From NCBI GenBank assembly GCA_039028615.1, contig JBCCHT010000041.1, positions 44,132-108,131 on the forward strand: a stretch of 64,000 nucleotides of DNA, in the 5' to 3' direction. This stretch comes from Myxococcota bacterium. Lineage in GTDB: Bacteria; Myxococcota_A; Polyangia; Nannocystales; Nannocystaceae. The notes under the pieces are model-generated. The model had not been told where the DNA came from. It saw only the letters and a list, made by a program, of their open reading frames with translations, and ran no database searches. The first letter of the stretch is position 1, and the number at the start of each line of letters is the position of its first letter. Below are positions 1-10,268 of this stretch, piece after piece. The position numbers and the translations under genes are program-made.

Positions 1-337
1 GAAGATCATCAAGAAGACCTGCACCGAGGTGCTCGAGCGCCTGAACGTGCAGACCAAGCTTCTCGATCTGGCCATGGAGCTCGAGGAGATTGCGCTCAAC
101 GACGACTACTTCATCGAGCGCAAGCTCTACCCGAACGTCGACTTCTACTCGGGCATCATCTACAAGGCCATCGGCATCCCCACCGACATGTTCACGGTGT
201 TGTTCGCCATCGGCCGCCTCCCGGGTTGGATCGCCCACTGGGCCGAGATGCACTCGGCGCCGTTCCGCATCAGCCGTCCGCGGCAGATCTACACCGGTGC
301 CACCGAGCGCTCGTTCACCCCGCTGAGCAAGCGCTAG
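1..337 (+). CDS. gltA: Citrate synthase, C-terminal part (runs off the left edge)
   Basis: [18 protein letters not shown] and [14 protein letters not shown]...RPRQIYTG citrate synthase motifs; stop TAG at 335-337. Confidence 0.96.
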   Translation, partial: KIIKKTCTEVLERLNVQTKLLDLAMELEEIALNDDYFIERKLYPNVDFYSGIIYKAIGIPTDMFTVLFAIGRLPGWIAHWAEMHSAPFRISRPRQIYTGATERSFTPLSKR

Positions 338-472
338 CGCGACCCACCCGACTCGGGTGAAGCCAAGAGCCGCGGCACCATGCTGCGGCTCTTTTGCGTG
401 GTGGGTCGGGCCGCCGTGCGGAGGGCTGCGCGTGGTGGTCGTGGACGGGCCCTGCTACCGTCGCGGGCGCTC

Positions 473-1810
473 ATGGACGATCTGGTTGCTCGCGATAGTC
501 GTGTGCTGTGGCACCCGGCCACCCACTTCGAGGACCTGGCGCGGCTGCCGGTCACGCCGATCGTGGAGGCCCAGGGGGTCTGGCTCATCGCCGAGGACGG
601 GACGCGGATCCTCGATGGGATCGGGTCGTGGTGGACCTCCATCCACGGGCACGGACACCCGCGGATCGTCGAAGCGATCCAGCAGCAGGTCGCTCGGCTC
701 GACCACGTGATGTTCGCTGGGTTCACCCATCGGCCCGCGGTGGAGCTGGCGGAGAAGCTCATCGAGGTGGCGCCGCCCGGCTACGGCAAGGTGTTCTTTG
801 CCGACTGTGGCTCGGCCGCGATCGAGGTGGGGCTGAAGCTGGCGTTTCAGTCCCACCACCAGCGGGGCGCCACCGAGCGCACGCGCTTTGCCGCGCTGAA
901 CAACAGCTACCACGGCGAGACCCTGGGCGCGCTGGCGGTGTCCGGCAGCGACGCCTACCGCAGCACCTTCGCCCCGCTGCTGCTGAAGCCGCTGTACCTG
1001 CCCGTACCCGCGTTCGACGACCACGACCTCGAGGACATCGGCGCCGAGCAGGGCGCGGACAGTGCCGAGGCGGACGCAGCCGTGGCCGCGTTGACCGAGC
1101 ACGCCGACGAGCTCGCGGCGCTCATCGTGGAGCCCCTGGTGCAGTGTGCGGGGCGCATGCGCATGATGGGCACCGGTTTCTACCGCCGCATCGTCGAGCA
1201 CGCGCAGAGCCTCGGCATCGTGGTCATCGCCGACGAGATCGCGGTGGGCTTCGGCCGCACGGGGCGGCTGTTCGCCAGCGAGCACGCCGCGGTGCGCCCC
1301 GACCTGCTGTGCCTGAGCAAGGGCCTGTCGGGCGGCGTGCTGCCGCTCTCGGCCGTGCTGGTTCGGGCCGGGTTCGAAGACGACTTCAAGGGCTCTCCCG
1401 CCCGCAGCTTCCTGCACAGCCACACCTTCACCGCCAACCCGGTCACCTGCGCGGCGGGGCGGGCGAGCCTCGGGATCTTCGAGGACGAGGACGTCATCGC
1501 TCGGCTGCCCGCCCGGGCGGCCGCCATGGCCGAGCGACGCCGGGAAGTCGCGCGCCGCTGCCCCGCCATCGTGCACCACCGCCAGGCGGGCATGATCACG
1601 GCGTTCGAAGTCGCTCCACGCGCCGGGCACCCGGGGCCCAAGGACGGCCGCCTCGGCCTGGCCCTGCGCGAGGCCGCGTTGCGACGAGGGGTGCTGCTGC
1701 GCCCACTTCATGACACGATCTACTGGATGCCGGCCCTGTGCATGGACGACGACGCGCTCGACCGCCTGGCGCAGGTCACCATCGAAGTGGTCGAGGAGGT
1801 CCTGGGATGA
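473..1810 (+). CDS. bioA: Adenosylmethionine-8-amino-7-oxononanoate aminotransferase (class III PLP)
   Basis: LWHP, DGIGSWWTSIHGHGHP, YHGETLG, IADEIAVGFGRTG and LSKGLSGG (PLP Lys) motifs. ATG 473 preferred over the ORF-track start at 380. Confidence 0.92.
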   Translation: MDDLVARDSRVLWHPATHFEDLARLPVTPIVEAQGVWLIAEDGTRILDGIGSWWTSIHGHGHPRIVEAIQQQVARLDHVMFAGFTHRPAVELAEKLIEVAPPGYGKVFFADCGSAAIEVGLKLAFQSHHQRGATERTRFAALNNSYHGETLGALAVSGSDAYRSTFAPLLLKPLYLPVPAFDDHDLEDIGAEQGADSAEADAAVAALTEHADELAALIVEPLVQCAGRMRMMGTGFYRRIVEHAQSLGIVVIADEIAVGFGRTGRLFASEHAAVRPDLLCLSKGLSGGVLPLSAVLVRAGFEDDFKGSPARSFLHSHTFTANPVTCAAGRASLGIFEDEDVIARLPARAAAMAERRREVARRCPAIVHHRQAGMITAFEVAPRAGHPGPKDGRLGLALREAALRRGVLLRPLHDTIYWMPALCMDDDALDRLAQVTIEVVEEVLG

Positions 1811-3177
1811 AGACTCGGGTCGGGCTCGCCGCGGCGCTGCTGCTGCTCACCAGCTGTGGTGAGAGCCTGCCCACCGTCTCGCTCAAGCTCTCGAAGAACT
1901 GCAACCAGCTCGAGGTCGTCACGCTGGCGCCCGCGGTCGGTCAGGGCGAGGACGAAATCGTGCTCGACGTGGCCGCCGACAGCGGCGTGGGCGACACGGC
2001 GTGGGTCTTGGTCCGGCGCACCAACGTGCCCAGCTCCGATGCGCTGGTCGTGCAGAGGGTCGGTCAGCAGGGCGTGCTCTTCGAGCAGCCGCTGCCCTTT
2101 CCCGACGACCTTTGGCCCGCGCTGTCGCTCCAGCCCGATCCAGAGTCGGGACGTGTCTGGGTCATCCGTCGCGAGCCTGGCGTCTACGAGCTGGTTCGCA
2201 TCGCGCCCGACGACCTGGCTCGACCGATCCTCGGCTCCGACAACCTCATCGACTTTCCCAGCGACGGGGGCCTGTGCGCCCCCGTGCCCTGCGACACCAA
2301 CAACTGGCCGCGCACGCTGATCTTCCTGCCCAACGGGCCCTTGCTGGCCTCGATGCCCCCCTTCTCCGTCGACGCGGCGCTCACCGTGGAGGTGACGGTC
2401 CTCGATACCGACGGCGCGCTCATCCGGCGCACGAACGAGCAGACGCTGAGCTTCGAGCCGCCCTGCTCCTCCGAGGGTCCCGAGGGCGAGGCGTTCTGTC
2501 AGGAGGAGCGCGACAGCCTGCTGTACCCGCAGATCACCATGCTGGGCGTGCAGCAGGACCCGCGCCAAGACCAAACCGTGATCTTCGGCCATCGCACGCG
2601 ACGCATGGTGTTCATGGAGCAGGAGTTCCCCATCGACTCCGCCGACGTGTTCATGGTCACCATCTCGCTCGAGGGTCAGACGCCGGCCGGGGTGCTGCGC
2701 TCGTACTCGGGCTTTTTCTCCGGCTCCGACGGGGCACCCGTTGGGCACTCCCCCACCCCCACCACCGAGCCCCCCTTCGGCGTGGCCATCGATCGCTTCG
2801 CGTCCTACGGCTTGTTCACCAACGGCGGCGTCGTGCCACGCCTGGTGCAGCTGCCCTACGACAACCCCGACTTCGAAGAGCTCACCGCCCGCTCGCCGCT
2901 GTCGCTCGACTCCCAGTTGCTGCAAATGGACCGCGATCTGGCGCTGGGGCACGTCCGCGACGGGAACTGGGAGCTCATCAAGTTCTTCCCCGACGATCCG
3001 TCTCGCTCGGGCGAGTTCACCTACCGCACCGACGCCCCCATCGAAGAGGCGGTCGCGGGCGGCGTGGGCACCTTCATGCTGCGCAAGACCGACACCGTGC
3101 CCGAGGTCGTGCGCGTGCGCTGCGTGGAGGACGAGGCCGAGCTCGAGCCCGAGCTCGACGTCGAGACCACCAACTGA
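1807..3177 (+). CDS. Hypothetical lipoprotein
   Basis: MKTRVGLAAALLLLTSC lipobox; ATGA overlap with the bioA stop; GC3-biased frame. Confidence 0.8.
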   Translation: MKTRVGLAAALLLLTSCGESLPTVSLKLSKNCNQLEVVTLAPAVGQGEDEIVLDVAADSGVGDTAWVLVRRTNVPSSDALVVQRVGQQGVLFEQPLPFPDDLWPALSLQPDPESGRVWVIRREPGVYELVRIAPDDLARPILGSDNLIDFPSDGGLCAPVPCDTNNWPRTLIFLPNGPLLASMPPFSVDAALTVEVTVLDTDGALIRRTNEQTLSFEPPCSSEGPEGEAFCQEERDSLLYPQITMLGVQQDPRQDQTVIFGHRTRRMVFMEQEFPIDSADVFMVTISLEGQTPAGVLRSYSGFFSGSDGAPVGHSPTPTTEPPFGVAIDRFASYGLFTNGGVVPRLVQLPYDNPDFEELTARSPLSLDSQLLQMDRDLALGHVRDGNWELIKFFPDDPSRSGEFTYRTDAPIEEAVAGGVGTFMLRKTDTVPEVVRVRCVEDEAELEPELDVETTN

Positions 3178-3195
3178 GCGGTGTTCGAAACGAAC

Positions 3196-3233
3196 GAAGC
3201 GACCGGTGAACCCGTGGGTTCACCCGCCGCTTC
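3196..3233. terminator. Hairpin between convergent genes
   Basis: GGTGAACCC-GT-GGGTTCACC core with outer GAAGCG/CGCTTC pairing. Confidence 0.55.
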
Positions 3234-3258
3234 GGGTGGGCCGTAGCCGAGGGCCGAA

Positions 3259-4380
3259 TCAGCCGCCGTCGACCGCGGTGGCCACGTCGCGCAGGTTCTC
3301 GGGCGGGAAGAACGCCTGGGCCGGGATGGTCTCCTTGGCCCCGCCGTCCTTGGACCAGCTGAGGGTCAGGCCCGCCTCGGTGTCGGCGCCCTGGTAGTAC
3401 AGCAAGTCCAGACCGTACTCGCCGGGCTCGACGAACAGGACCTCGCACTCTTCACGGGTCGCTCCCGAGCCGTCGACGTCGACGATGGGCGTCTGGTCGA
3501 GGAAGAGCAGCGCGCCGTCGCCCGCCGCCAGGCAAATCTCGTACTCACCGCTCTCGACGATGTTGAGCGAGCCCTGGAAGTGGATGCCGAAGCTCTGGGT
3601 CAGGCCCGCGACGCCGTTGGCCGCTTCACCGGCCGGGACATCGAGGTCGTCGACGCCGATGAGTGCCACGGGGGCGCCGAGCTCGTTGAAGTTCGGCACC
3701 TCGGTCGCGCCCGCGTCGACGGGGTAGACCATGCCCATCAGGCCGTGACCGACGATGGTGCGCGGCTGGCCGAAGGCGCCGTCGGCCGCGGTGCCGACGA
3801 AGGTCCCCTGGCTCTTGGCTCGGTTGCGCTTGTTCATGCGCTTGGTGCCCTTGCCGACCTCGGCGGCGCCCTTCCCCTCGGCGAGGACCTTGGCCACGAT
3901 GACGCCCGGAGTGACCTCGACCACCTCGGCCTTCTTGCCGCCGATGAAGACGTTGGCCTTCGAGGCGTCCTCGGGGAAATCCGAGCCGTAGATTTCGACC
4001 ACGCTGCCCACGGGAGCGGAGGTCGGGAACATACCGGCGACCTCGAACTCGGCCTTGAGGTTGGTGGGCGTCGGTCGGGGCTTGTCGCCACCCGAGACCG
4101 GAGGCTTCGCTGTGGTCAGGGTCACTCGCTTACCGAGTCGACCACCGCCGTCGCGCGTCGAGGTGGAGGAGCGGGGCTTGGGCCGCTCGGTGGGCGTGGC
4201 CGCCGTGTTGCCACCGTCGGCCGGGGTCGAACCCCCGTCCGCGGCTCCACCCTCGTCGGTCTCGGAGTAGAAACCGTCGTAGGTGCCGGCGTCGGGGTTC
4301 TCGGAGTCTTGCGACTTGTTGGAGGCGCAAGCGACGCTCAGCGCGAGACAGGCGAGCAGGAAGGAATGCGAGCGAATCAT
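3259..4380 (-). CDS. Lipoprotein with IPT/TIG-like and C-terminal PA14 domains
   Basis: LSVAC lipobox; PTSAPVGSVVEIYGSDF...VFIGGKKAEV (IPT/TIG-like); FGIHFQGSLNIVESGEYEICLAAGDGALLFLD...LLYYQG...LSWS (PA14-like). Confidence 0.8.
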   Translation of the reverse strand: MIRSHSFLLACLALSVACASNKSQDSENPDAGTYDGFYSETDEGGAADGGSTPADGGNTAATPTERPKPRSSTSTRDGGGRLGKRVTLTTAKPPVSGGDKPRPTPTNLKAEFEVAGMFPTSAPVGSVVEIYGSDFPEDASKANVFIGGKKAEVVEVTPGVIVAKVLAEGKGAAEVGKGTKRMNKRNRAKSQGTFVGTAADGAFGQPRTIVGHGLMGMVYPVDAGATEVPNFNELGAPVALIGVDDLDVPAGEAANGVAGLTQSFGIHFQGSLNIVESGEYEICLAAGDGALLFLDQTPIVDVDGSGATREECEVLFVEPGEYGLDLLYYQGADTEAGLTLSWSKDGGAKETIPAQAFFPPENLRDVATAVDGG

Positions 4381-4579
4381 GGTGATGCTGTCCTTGGTCC
4401 TTGCGGGTGCGGGTGGTCAGACGCAGGTCCGTGGGGCGGCATTCAGGCCCTAGCGCTGATGGCGCAAAATGCCCCGCTGTGGCCCTGCGGGTGCCACGCC
4501 CGGGCATCATCGGGCACCGCGCCCAGGGCTGCAACTGGCGCTTCGGGCCGGTCGCCACAGTGGAGCCCAACGCTCCCGC

Positions 4580-5326
4580 TCACGTGTCGCGATTGCGGGC
4601 GCGCAGGCGAACTTTGCCCCGCACCGTGGCGACCTCGAACTCGACCTTGGAGCCATGTCGCTCGCGGAGCTTGGGCAGCTCACGGCTGAGTTTTCGCGCC
4701 AGGGCCCGCACGGTGAGCCCCTGGGTGTCCTCGCCCGCCGCCTTCTTGGCCTGAACGAGGTTATCGAACAGCTGTTTGACCTCGGTGTTCTTCATGCCGG
4801 GCACCGCCTGAGCGGGCGACGGACGCTTGCCCGCGCGCGGCGGCGGGGGTGGAGGCGGCACCCCGGGGGGACGTGGCGTGGTCGGGTTTGCCGCAGCGGC
4901 CACGGACGGCGATGCGGCGGCCTCGGCCTCCTCGGGCGTCGGCTCGGGGACCCGCCGGGTCTTCTCGAGCGCGGCAATCGCCTCCTGGCGACGGGCCGAT
5001 CTCATCTGGAGATCTCGACGGTACGTGCCCTTTTCGATCTGCCCCAGGATCCGGGTCCAGTAGTGCTGGTACGTGACCAGCCGCGCCCGCAGGCCCTGCA
5101 TCCGAAAGCGCAGGACCGTGGTGCGCATGTGCTCTTTTTGGAGCTGCCTCAGGTGCAGCTTGACCTTGCGATGCCTCGCGGTCGGAGGCGTGCGCTCGAC
5201 CCCGAGAAAGTACTTTTCGTACGCAATGCGCAGATCCTCGATCGCCTCCTCGAAGGCATCGAGCAAGCGAGCCAGCTCCGCAGACGAAGCCGTGTTGTCG
5301 CCCCCCTTGGCCAAGCGTGCGGGCAT
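4580..5326 (-). CDS. MXAN_5187 C-terminal-domain-like protein (myxobacterial)
   Basis: LRIAYEKYFLGVERTPP...YQHYWTRILGQIEKGTYRRD, a poly-Pro linker, and C-terminal VEFEVATVRGKVRLRAR. Confidence 0.7.
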   Translation of the reverse strand: MPARLAKGGDNTASSAELARLLDAFEEAIEDLRIAYEKYFLGVERTPPTARHRKVKLHLRQLQKEHMRTTVLRFRMQGLRARLVTYQHYWTRILGQIEKGTYRRDLQMRSARRQEAIAALEKTRRVPEPTPEEAEAAASPSVAAAANPTTPRPPGVPPPPPPPRAGKRPSPAQAVPGMKNTEVKQLFDNLVQAKKAAGEDTQGLTVRALARKLSRELPKLRERHGSKVEFEVATVRGKVRLRARNRDT

Positions 5327-5431
5327 CGTAGCACGCAGACCCACCCCCGCGATGACGCAGCTCCCGCACTCGAACGCATCGAGCGGACTTTGCGCCAGAC
5401 AACTCCGCTCCGTGATCTATGCTCGCGGTTC

Positions 5432-7075
5432 GTGGGCAACTTCTGGGCCTTCATCCTGCTCATCGGGCCACTCATCCTGATCCATGAGCTCGGGCATCTG
5501 ATCGCGGCCAAGCTGGTCGACGTCAAGGCGCCGCGTTTTTCCATCGGCTTCGGGCCCGCCCTGCTCAAGTTCCGACTGGGCGAGACGGAGTACTGGCTCG
5601 CCCCGATCTTGCTCGGCGGCTACGTCAAGCTGCTCGGTCAGGATCCCAGCGAACGCGTCTCGCCCGGCGAGGCCGATCGGTCGCTGTCGTCCAAGCCGAT
5701 GTGGGCCCGCATGTTCGTGCTCAGCGCGGGGCCGGCCGCCAACCTGCTGCTGCCCATCTTCCTGTACTTCCTGTACTTCCTCGCACTGGCTCCGACTGCG
5801 GTGCCCCCAGCCGTGATCGGTACCGTCGTCGACGGCACCGCGGCCGACCAGGCCGAGCTGCAGCAGGGCGACCGCATCGTCGCCATCGATGGCGAGGACG
5901 TTCGCTCGTGGCGGGACATGAGTCAGCGAATCGCCGACGCGCCCGGGCGCGAGCTGGAGCTACAGATCGAGCGGGACAGCGAGCGCATCGACCGCGTCGT
6001 CACGCCGCAGAAGCGAATGCACCGCAACGCGCTCGGGGTTTCCATCCCCATGGGCCGCCTGGGCGTGCTGCGGCGCTTCTACGCTCCGCAGATCGGCATC
6101 ATCGACGACGAGTCGCCCGCCTACGCCGAAGGCCTGCGTACCGGAGACGTCATCACCTCGATCAACGGCGAGCCCGTGCGCACCATCGAGGAGCTCGAGC
6201 GCATGCTCGAGGGTACGGGCGACAGCCTCGTGCGCCTGACCTACCTGCGCGCCGAGCCGGTGGCGGGTCCGCTGGGCACCTACTTGTTCTACGAGTCGGC
6301 CCACGCCCAGCTGCTGCCGCGCAAGGACGAGGACGGCAAGCTCACCACCGGGCTGCTGCCCGCCAACGCCTTCATTCGCCACGTCGACGCGGGCTCACCC
6401 GCCGAGCGAGCGGGCATTCGCTCCGGCGACCGCATCCTCGAGGTCGACGACGTCGCCTTCTCCAAGTGGGAGTTCTTGCGCGAGGTCCTGTACCAGAAGC
6501 AGGAACGCCCCATCACCCTGGTCGTGCAGTCGCTGGGCGAGGCCAAGCCCCGCAAGATCGAAGTCGCCCAAGAGATTCGAACGTGGCGCGACATCTACAA
6601 GCAGGATCGCCAGTCGCTGTGGTTCGGGGCCACGCCCTACGAAAAGTGGACCCTCGCCCCGCCCGAGCCCATCCGCGGCCGCTTCACCTACGCCCTGGCC
6701 TCCGCCCTCGAGGAGACGGGCGCGGTCATGTCGATGATGTGGACCACCCTGCAGCAGCTGCTGACCTTCGAGCGTGGCGTCGAAGACCTCTCCAGCGTCG
6801 TCGGCCTGTTCAACGTGGCGGGCACCGCCGCCGAGCAAGGGCCCTCCGAGTTCCTGATCTTGATGGCCTTGCTGTCCATCAACCTCGGCTTCGTGAACCT
6901 GCTGCCGATCCCCGTGCTCGATGGCGGGCATCTCATGCTCTACGCGATCGAGACCGTGCGTAGAAAACCGCTCGGGCAGCGGGCACGGGAGATCACGACC
7001 GCCGTCGGCTTGGTGATCATCTTGCTGCTGGTGCTCATCGCGGCGCGCAACGACATCGTGCGGTACTGGCTATGA
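5432..7075 (+). CDS. rseP: RIP (site-2) metalloprotease with several PDZ domains
   Basis: HELGH zinc motif, FSIGFGP, LGGYVK, AGPAAN, three PDZ-like GDRI/GDVI segments, NLLPIPVLDGGH; GTG start at 5432. Confidence 0.95.
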   Translation: MGNFWAFILLIGPLILIHELGHLIAAKLVDVKAPRFSIGFGPALLKFRLGETEYWLAPILLGGYVKLLGQDPSERVSPGEADRSLSSKPMWARMFVLSAGPAANLLLPIFLYFLYFLALAPTAVPPAVIGTVVDGTAADQAELQQGDRIVAIDGEDVRSWRDMSQRIADAPGRELELQIERDSERIDRVVTPQKRMHRNALGVSIPMGRLGVLRRFYAPQIGIIDDESPAYAEGLRTGDVITSINGEPVRTIEELERMLEGTGDSLVRLTYLRAEPVAGPLGTYLFYESAHAQLLPRKDEDGKLTTGLLPANAFIRHVDAGSPAERAGIRSGDRILEVDDVAFSKWEFLREVLYQKQERPITLVVQSLGEAKPRKIEVAQEIRTWRDIYKQDRQSLWFGATPYEKWTLAPPEPIRGRFTYALASALEETGAVMSMMWTTLQQLLTFERGVEDLSSVVGLFNVAGTAAEQGPSEFLILMALLSINLGFVNLLPIPVLDGGHLMLYAIETVRRKPLGQRAREITTAVGLVIILLLVLIAARNDIVRYWL

Positions 7076-7821
7076 AGTGGCTCCTGGCCTTCGATGCCTC
7101 GACGCCGCGCTGCGTGATCGCCCTGGGGCGAGCAAGCGCCGAGCGTCACGAGCTGGTCGTTGCCGACGACCAGGACGAGGTCCAGAACCAGGCCTCCGTA
7201 CGGCTGTTTCCGCGGATCGAGCAGGTACTGTCGCAGGCGGGGATCGAGGCGAACGAGCTGGCGGCCGTCGCCTGCGGCCGTGGGCCGGGTACCTTCACCG
7301 GGACTCGAGTCGCGGTCGCGAGCGCCAAGGGGCTGGCCTATGGGCTCGGGTGTCCCGTCGTCCCGATCAGCACGCTCGGGGCGGTCGCCGCCAGTGCCGA
7401 TCACGAGGGCTCGGTGTTGGCGATCACCGACGCGCGACGCAGCGAGGTCTACGGCGGGCTGTGGCGCTGCGTGGGGCTGTCGGGCAATGCTACTCCAACC
7501 GTCGAGGCGGTCGATGACGAACAGGTCATCGGTCTGTCGGCGCTGCTCGAGGGCCTCGCCCCGCGACCGGAGGACCTGCGAGTCGTCGGTAGTGGGGTCG
7601 AGCCTTATCGGCAGGTCTTGGTCGACGCGGGACTCGAGGGCCAATCGCAGGCGCTGCCCGGACCGAGCGCGAAGGGTCTGTGGGCGGTCGCCACGGCCGC
7701 GTGGGTCGCCGAGCAAGCGTGTCATCCCGCCGCGCTCGATGCCGTGTACCTGCGAGCCAGCTACGCCGAGATGGGGCTCAACACGCCCAAGCGCCCCTTC
7801 GTGAAGAGCCCCTTCGTGTGA
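7072..7821 (+). CDS. tsaB: tRNA threonylcarbamoyladenosine biosynthesis protein TsaB
   Basis: LAFDAST, GRGPGTFTGTRVAVASAKGLA, DARRSEVY; ATGA overlap with rseP. Confidence 0.93.
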   Translation: MKWLLAFDASTPRCVIALGRASAERHELVVADDQDEVQNQASVRLFPRIEQVLSQAGIEANELAAVACGRGPGTFTGTRVAVASAKGLAYGLGCPVVPISTLGAVAASADHEGSVLAITDARRSEVYGGLWRCVGLSGNATPTVEAVDDEQVIGLSALLEGLAPRPEDLRVVGSGVEPYRQVLVDAGLEGQSQALPGPSAKGLWAVATAAWVAEQACHPAALDAVYLRASYAEMGLNTPKRPFVKSPFV

Positions 7822-7832
7822 TCACGACCCGG

Positions 7833-9197
7833 CTACGCGGGTGGCTCGGGCAGGTCGACGATGACGAGCTTGAGGAACTCGTCGCCGGCCGTCATCTCGT
7901 AGGGCGTCGCGGCGGGCACCCGCACGCAGACGCCGGGTCGCAAGTCCCGAGTGTCGTCGCCCTGCCGCAGGGTCCCCTGGCCGACGGTCACCACCCAGCA
8001 GCGGTCGCGGTCGTGCGAGCCGGCGAGGACCTGTCCCGGGCGAATCTCCACCGCGCCCACGTCGGCGCCCACCGAGGTCCCGAGGTGCTCCTGCCGGCCC
8101 CACGCGTGATGCCGGATGGGATGAGCCTCGGCTTCGACCCGCCCCTGCCCGCGCAGCGTCTCGACGATGCCCTTGACCTGCTGGCTTCGCTTGCGCGGGG
8201 CGACGAGGACGGAGTCGGCCGTCTCGACGACGACCATGTCCTGCAGACCGACGGCGGTCAGCAGGCGATGGCGAGCGTGCAGCAGGGTGCCGCGGCAGTC
8301 GGTGGCGATGACGTCGCCTTCGCAGACGTTGTCGTCGGCGTCTTTGGTGCCGACCTCGTGCAGCGCCGCCCACGAGCCGACATCGCTCCAGCCCGCGTCC
8401 AGCGGCACCACGACCGCGCGCGAGGTCTTTTCCATGACGGCATAGTCGATCGAGTCGGACGGGCAGGCCTCGAAGGCATCGGCGTCGACGTCCACCACGA
8501 CGCCACGACGGGTCGCGGCCTCGAAGGCCCGTTCGCAGGCCTCGCGCATCTTCGGCCGATGCTGCCGCAGCTCCTCGAGATAGGTCGCGGCCGAGAACAA
8601 GAACATGCCGCTGTTCCAGTAGTAGCCGCCGGAGTCGAGGTAGCGCTGCGCGGTGGCGGCATTGGGCTTCTCGACGAAGGACCGCACCCGGCTGGGCTGC
8701 CCCGGGGTGGCGGCCTTGATGTAGCCGTAGCCGGTGTGGGCGCTGCGGGGCACGACGCCGAAGGTCACCAGCTTGCCCGCCTCGGCCAGCGGGCGCCCCT
8801 CGTCCACGGCCGTACGAAAGGCGGGCTCGTCCAGCACGACGTGGTCCGCGGGCAGCACGAGCAGCAGCGGCGAAGGCTCGCCCGCGGGGGTGCTCGCCTG
8901 GGCGGCGAGGGCGGCCAGCGCGACGGCGGGCGCGGTGTTGCGCCCCATCGGCTCCACGAGGATCGCCGCGGCCGGGGCATCGATGTCGGCGAGCTGCTCC
9001 TGCACCAGCAGGCTCTGCTGTGCGTTGCAGGCCACGAGCGGGGACTCGAGTCCGCTGAGGCCCCGCAGGCGCTCGACCGTCTGTTGCAGCATGGTCGCGT
9101 CACCCACGAGCGGCAGCAGCTGCTTGGGGTGAAGACGACGCGAAACCGGCCATAGCCGTGTGCCCGACCCACCCGAGAGCACCACTGGGATCAGCAT
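7833..9197 (-). CDS. manC: Mannose-1-phosphate guanylyltransferase with a degenerate C-terminal cupin (PMI-like) domain
   Basis: PVVLSGGSGTRLWPVSR..PKQ, EPMGRNTAPA, FVEKP, WNSGMF, SIDYAVMEKT, GWSDVGSW. Confidence 0.93.
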   Translation of the reverse strand: MLIPVVLSGGSGTRLWPVSRRLHPKQLLPLVGDATMLQQTVERLRGLSGLESPLVACNAQQSLLVQEQLADIDAPAAAILVEPMGRNTAPAVALAALAAQASTPAGEPSPLLLVLPADHVVLDEPAFRTAVDEGRPLAEAGKLVTFGVVPRSAHTGYGYIKAATPGQPSRVRSFVEKPNAATAQRYLDSGGYYWNSGMFLFSAATYLEELRQHRPKMREACERAFEAATRRGVVVDVDADAFEACPSDSIDYAVMEKTSRAVVVPLDAGWSDVGSWAALHEVGTKDADDNVCEGDVIATDCRGTLLHARHRLLTAVGLQDMVVVETADSVLVAPRKRSQQVKGIVETLRGQGRVEAEAHPIRHHAWGRQEHLGTSVGADVGAVEIRPGQVLAGSHDRDRCWVVTVGQGTLRQGDDTRDLRPGVCVRVPAATPYEMTAGDEFLKLVIVDLPEPPA

Positions 9198-9347
9198 GGT
9201 CGCTCCGTAGCGGGTGGGTGGTGCACGTCGTGGTTCATGGTCGTGGTCAGCGCCGTTTTGCGCCCCGCACCGTAGACCATCCCGCTCGGCTCGGACATCC
9301 CCGGCCGGGCTTGCGCGCGGGCCCGGCGACGGGCCAACGTCTCGGGG

Positions 9348-10118
9348 GTGAGCGCCGTCCAGATCGACCGCACGCCCCCGGTGACGACCGTCGTCCTGTC
9401 TCGCCCCGAGGTACGCAATGCAGTGGATGGTCCGACCGCTCAGGCGCTCGCGGATGCGTTTCGCGAGTTCGATGCCGACGAGCATGCTCACGCGGCGGTG
9501 CTGTGGGGCAATCACGGCTATTTCTGTGCCGGCGCCGATCTACAAGCGATCAGCCGCGGCACGCCCAACCGGCTCGCCCCCGACGGCGACGGTCCCATGG
9601 GTCCCTCGCGCATGCGACTGAGCAAACCGGTGGTGGCGGCGATCTCCGGACACGCCGTCGCGGGTGGCCTCGAGCTCGCGTTGTGGTGCGACCTGCGGGT
9701 GATGGAGGAAGACGCGGTGCTCGGCGTGTTCTGTCGCCGCTTCGGCGTGCCGCTCATCGACGGCGGCACGGTGAGGCTTCCGCAGGTCGTTGGGCTCGGG
9801 CGTGCGCTCGATCTGATCCTCACCGGGCGACCGGTGCACGCCGCCGAAGCGCTCGCGATGGGCCTGGTGAATCGGGTCGTCCCCAAGGGCCAGGCGCGCG
9901 AGGCCGCCGAGGCGCTCGCGAAGCAGATCAGCGGCTTTCCTCAGACCTGTGTACGCAGCGATCGGGCCGCGGTCTACGACGGGCTCGGGCTCCCGCTCGA
10001 TGAGGCGTTGCGGGTGGAGTTCCAGCACGGTCAACGAGCGCTCACCGACCCCGATCTCATCGCCGGAGCGACGCGGTTTTCCCAGGGAGCCGGACGCGGC
10101 GGCTCCTTCGACGACTAA
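9348..10118 (+). CDS. Enoyl-CoA hydratase/isomerase (crotonase family)
   Basis: RPEVRNA, FCAGADL, AVAGGLELALWCDLR, LILTGRPV. Confidence 0.92.
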   Translation: MSAVQIDRTPPVTTVVLSRPEVRNAVDGPTAQALADAFREFDADEHAHAAVLWGNHGYFCAGADLQAISRGTPNRLAPDGDGPMGPSRMRLSKPVVAAISGHAVAGGLELALWCDLRVMEEDAVLGVFCRRFGVPLIDGGTVRLPQVVGLGRALDLILTGRPVHAAEALAMGLVNRVVPKGQAREAAEALAKQISGFPQTCVRSDRAAVYDGLGLPLDEALRVEFQHGQRALTDPDLIAGATRFSQGAGRGGSFDD

Positions 10119-10268
10119 CGGCTCATCTCGGAAACCCTCGTGGGGTGAGAACGTGGTCAGCGTCGGGGGCTGCAGGACGGTCGTGCGACCACGAGCGTGA
10201 CCCGCCCGGACTCGTTTCGCTCCAAGCGTAACCCGCCGGCCCCCGGTGCCGATCCAGCTGCGACCCTC

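Noticed and set aside
4469..5431. Long N-terminal extension of the 868-aa RseP ORF in the track
   Set aside because: It is the antisense shadow of the MXAN_5187-like gene; RseP homology starts near GTG 5432
9348..10118. Crotonase lacking the usual second catalytic Glu (GVFCRRFGVP)
   Set aside because: This variant marks a known, widespread subfamily and is not novel
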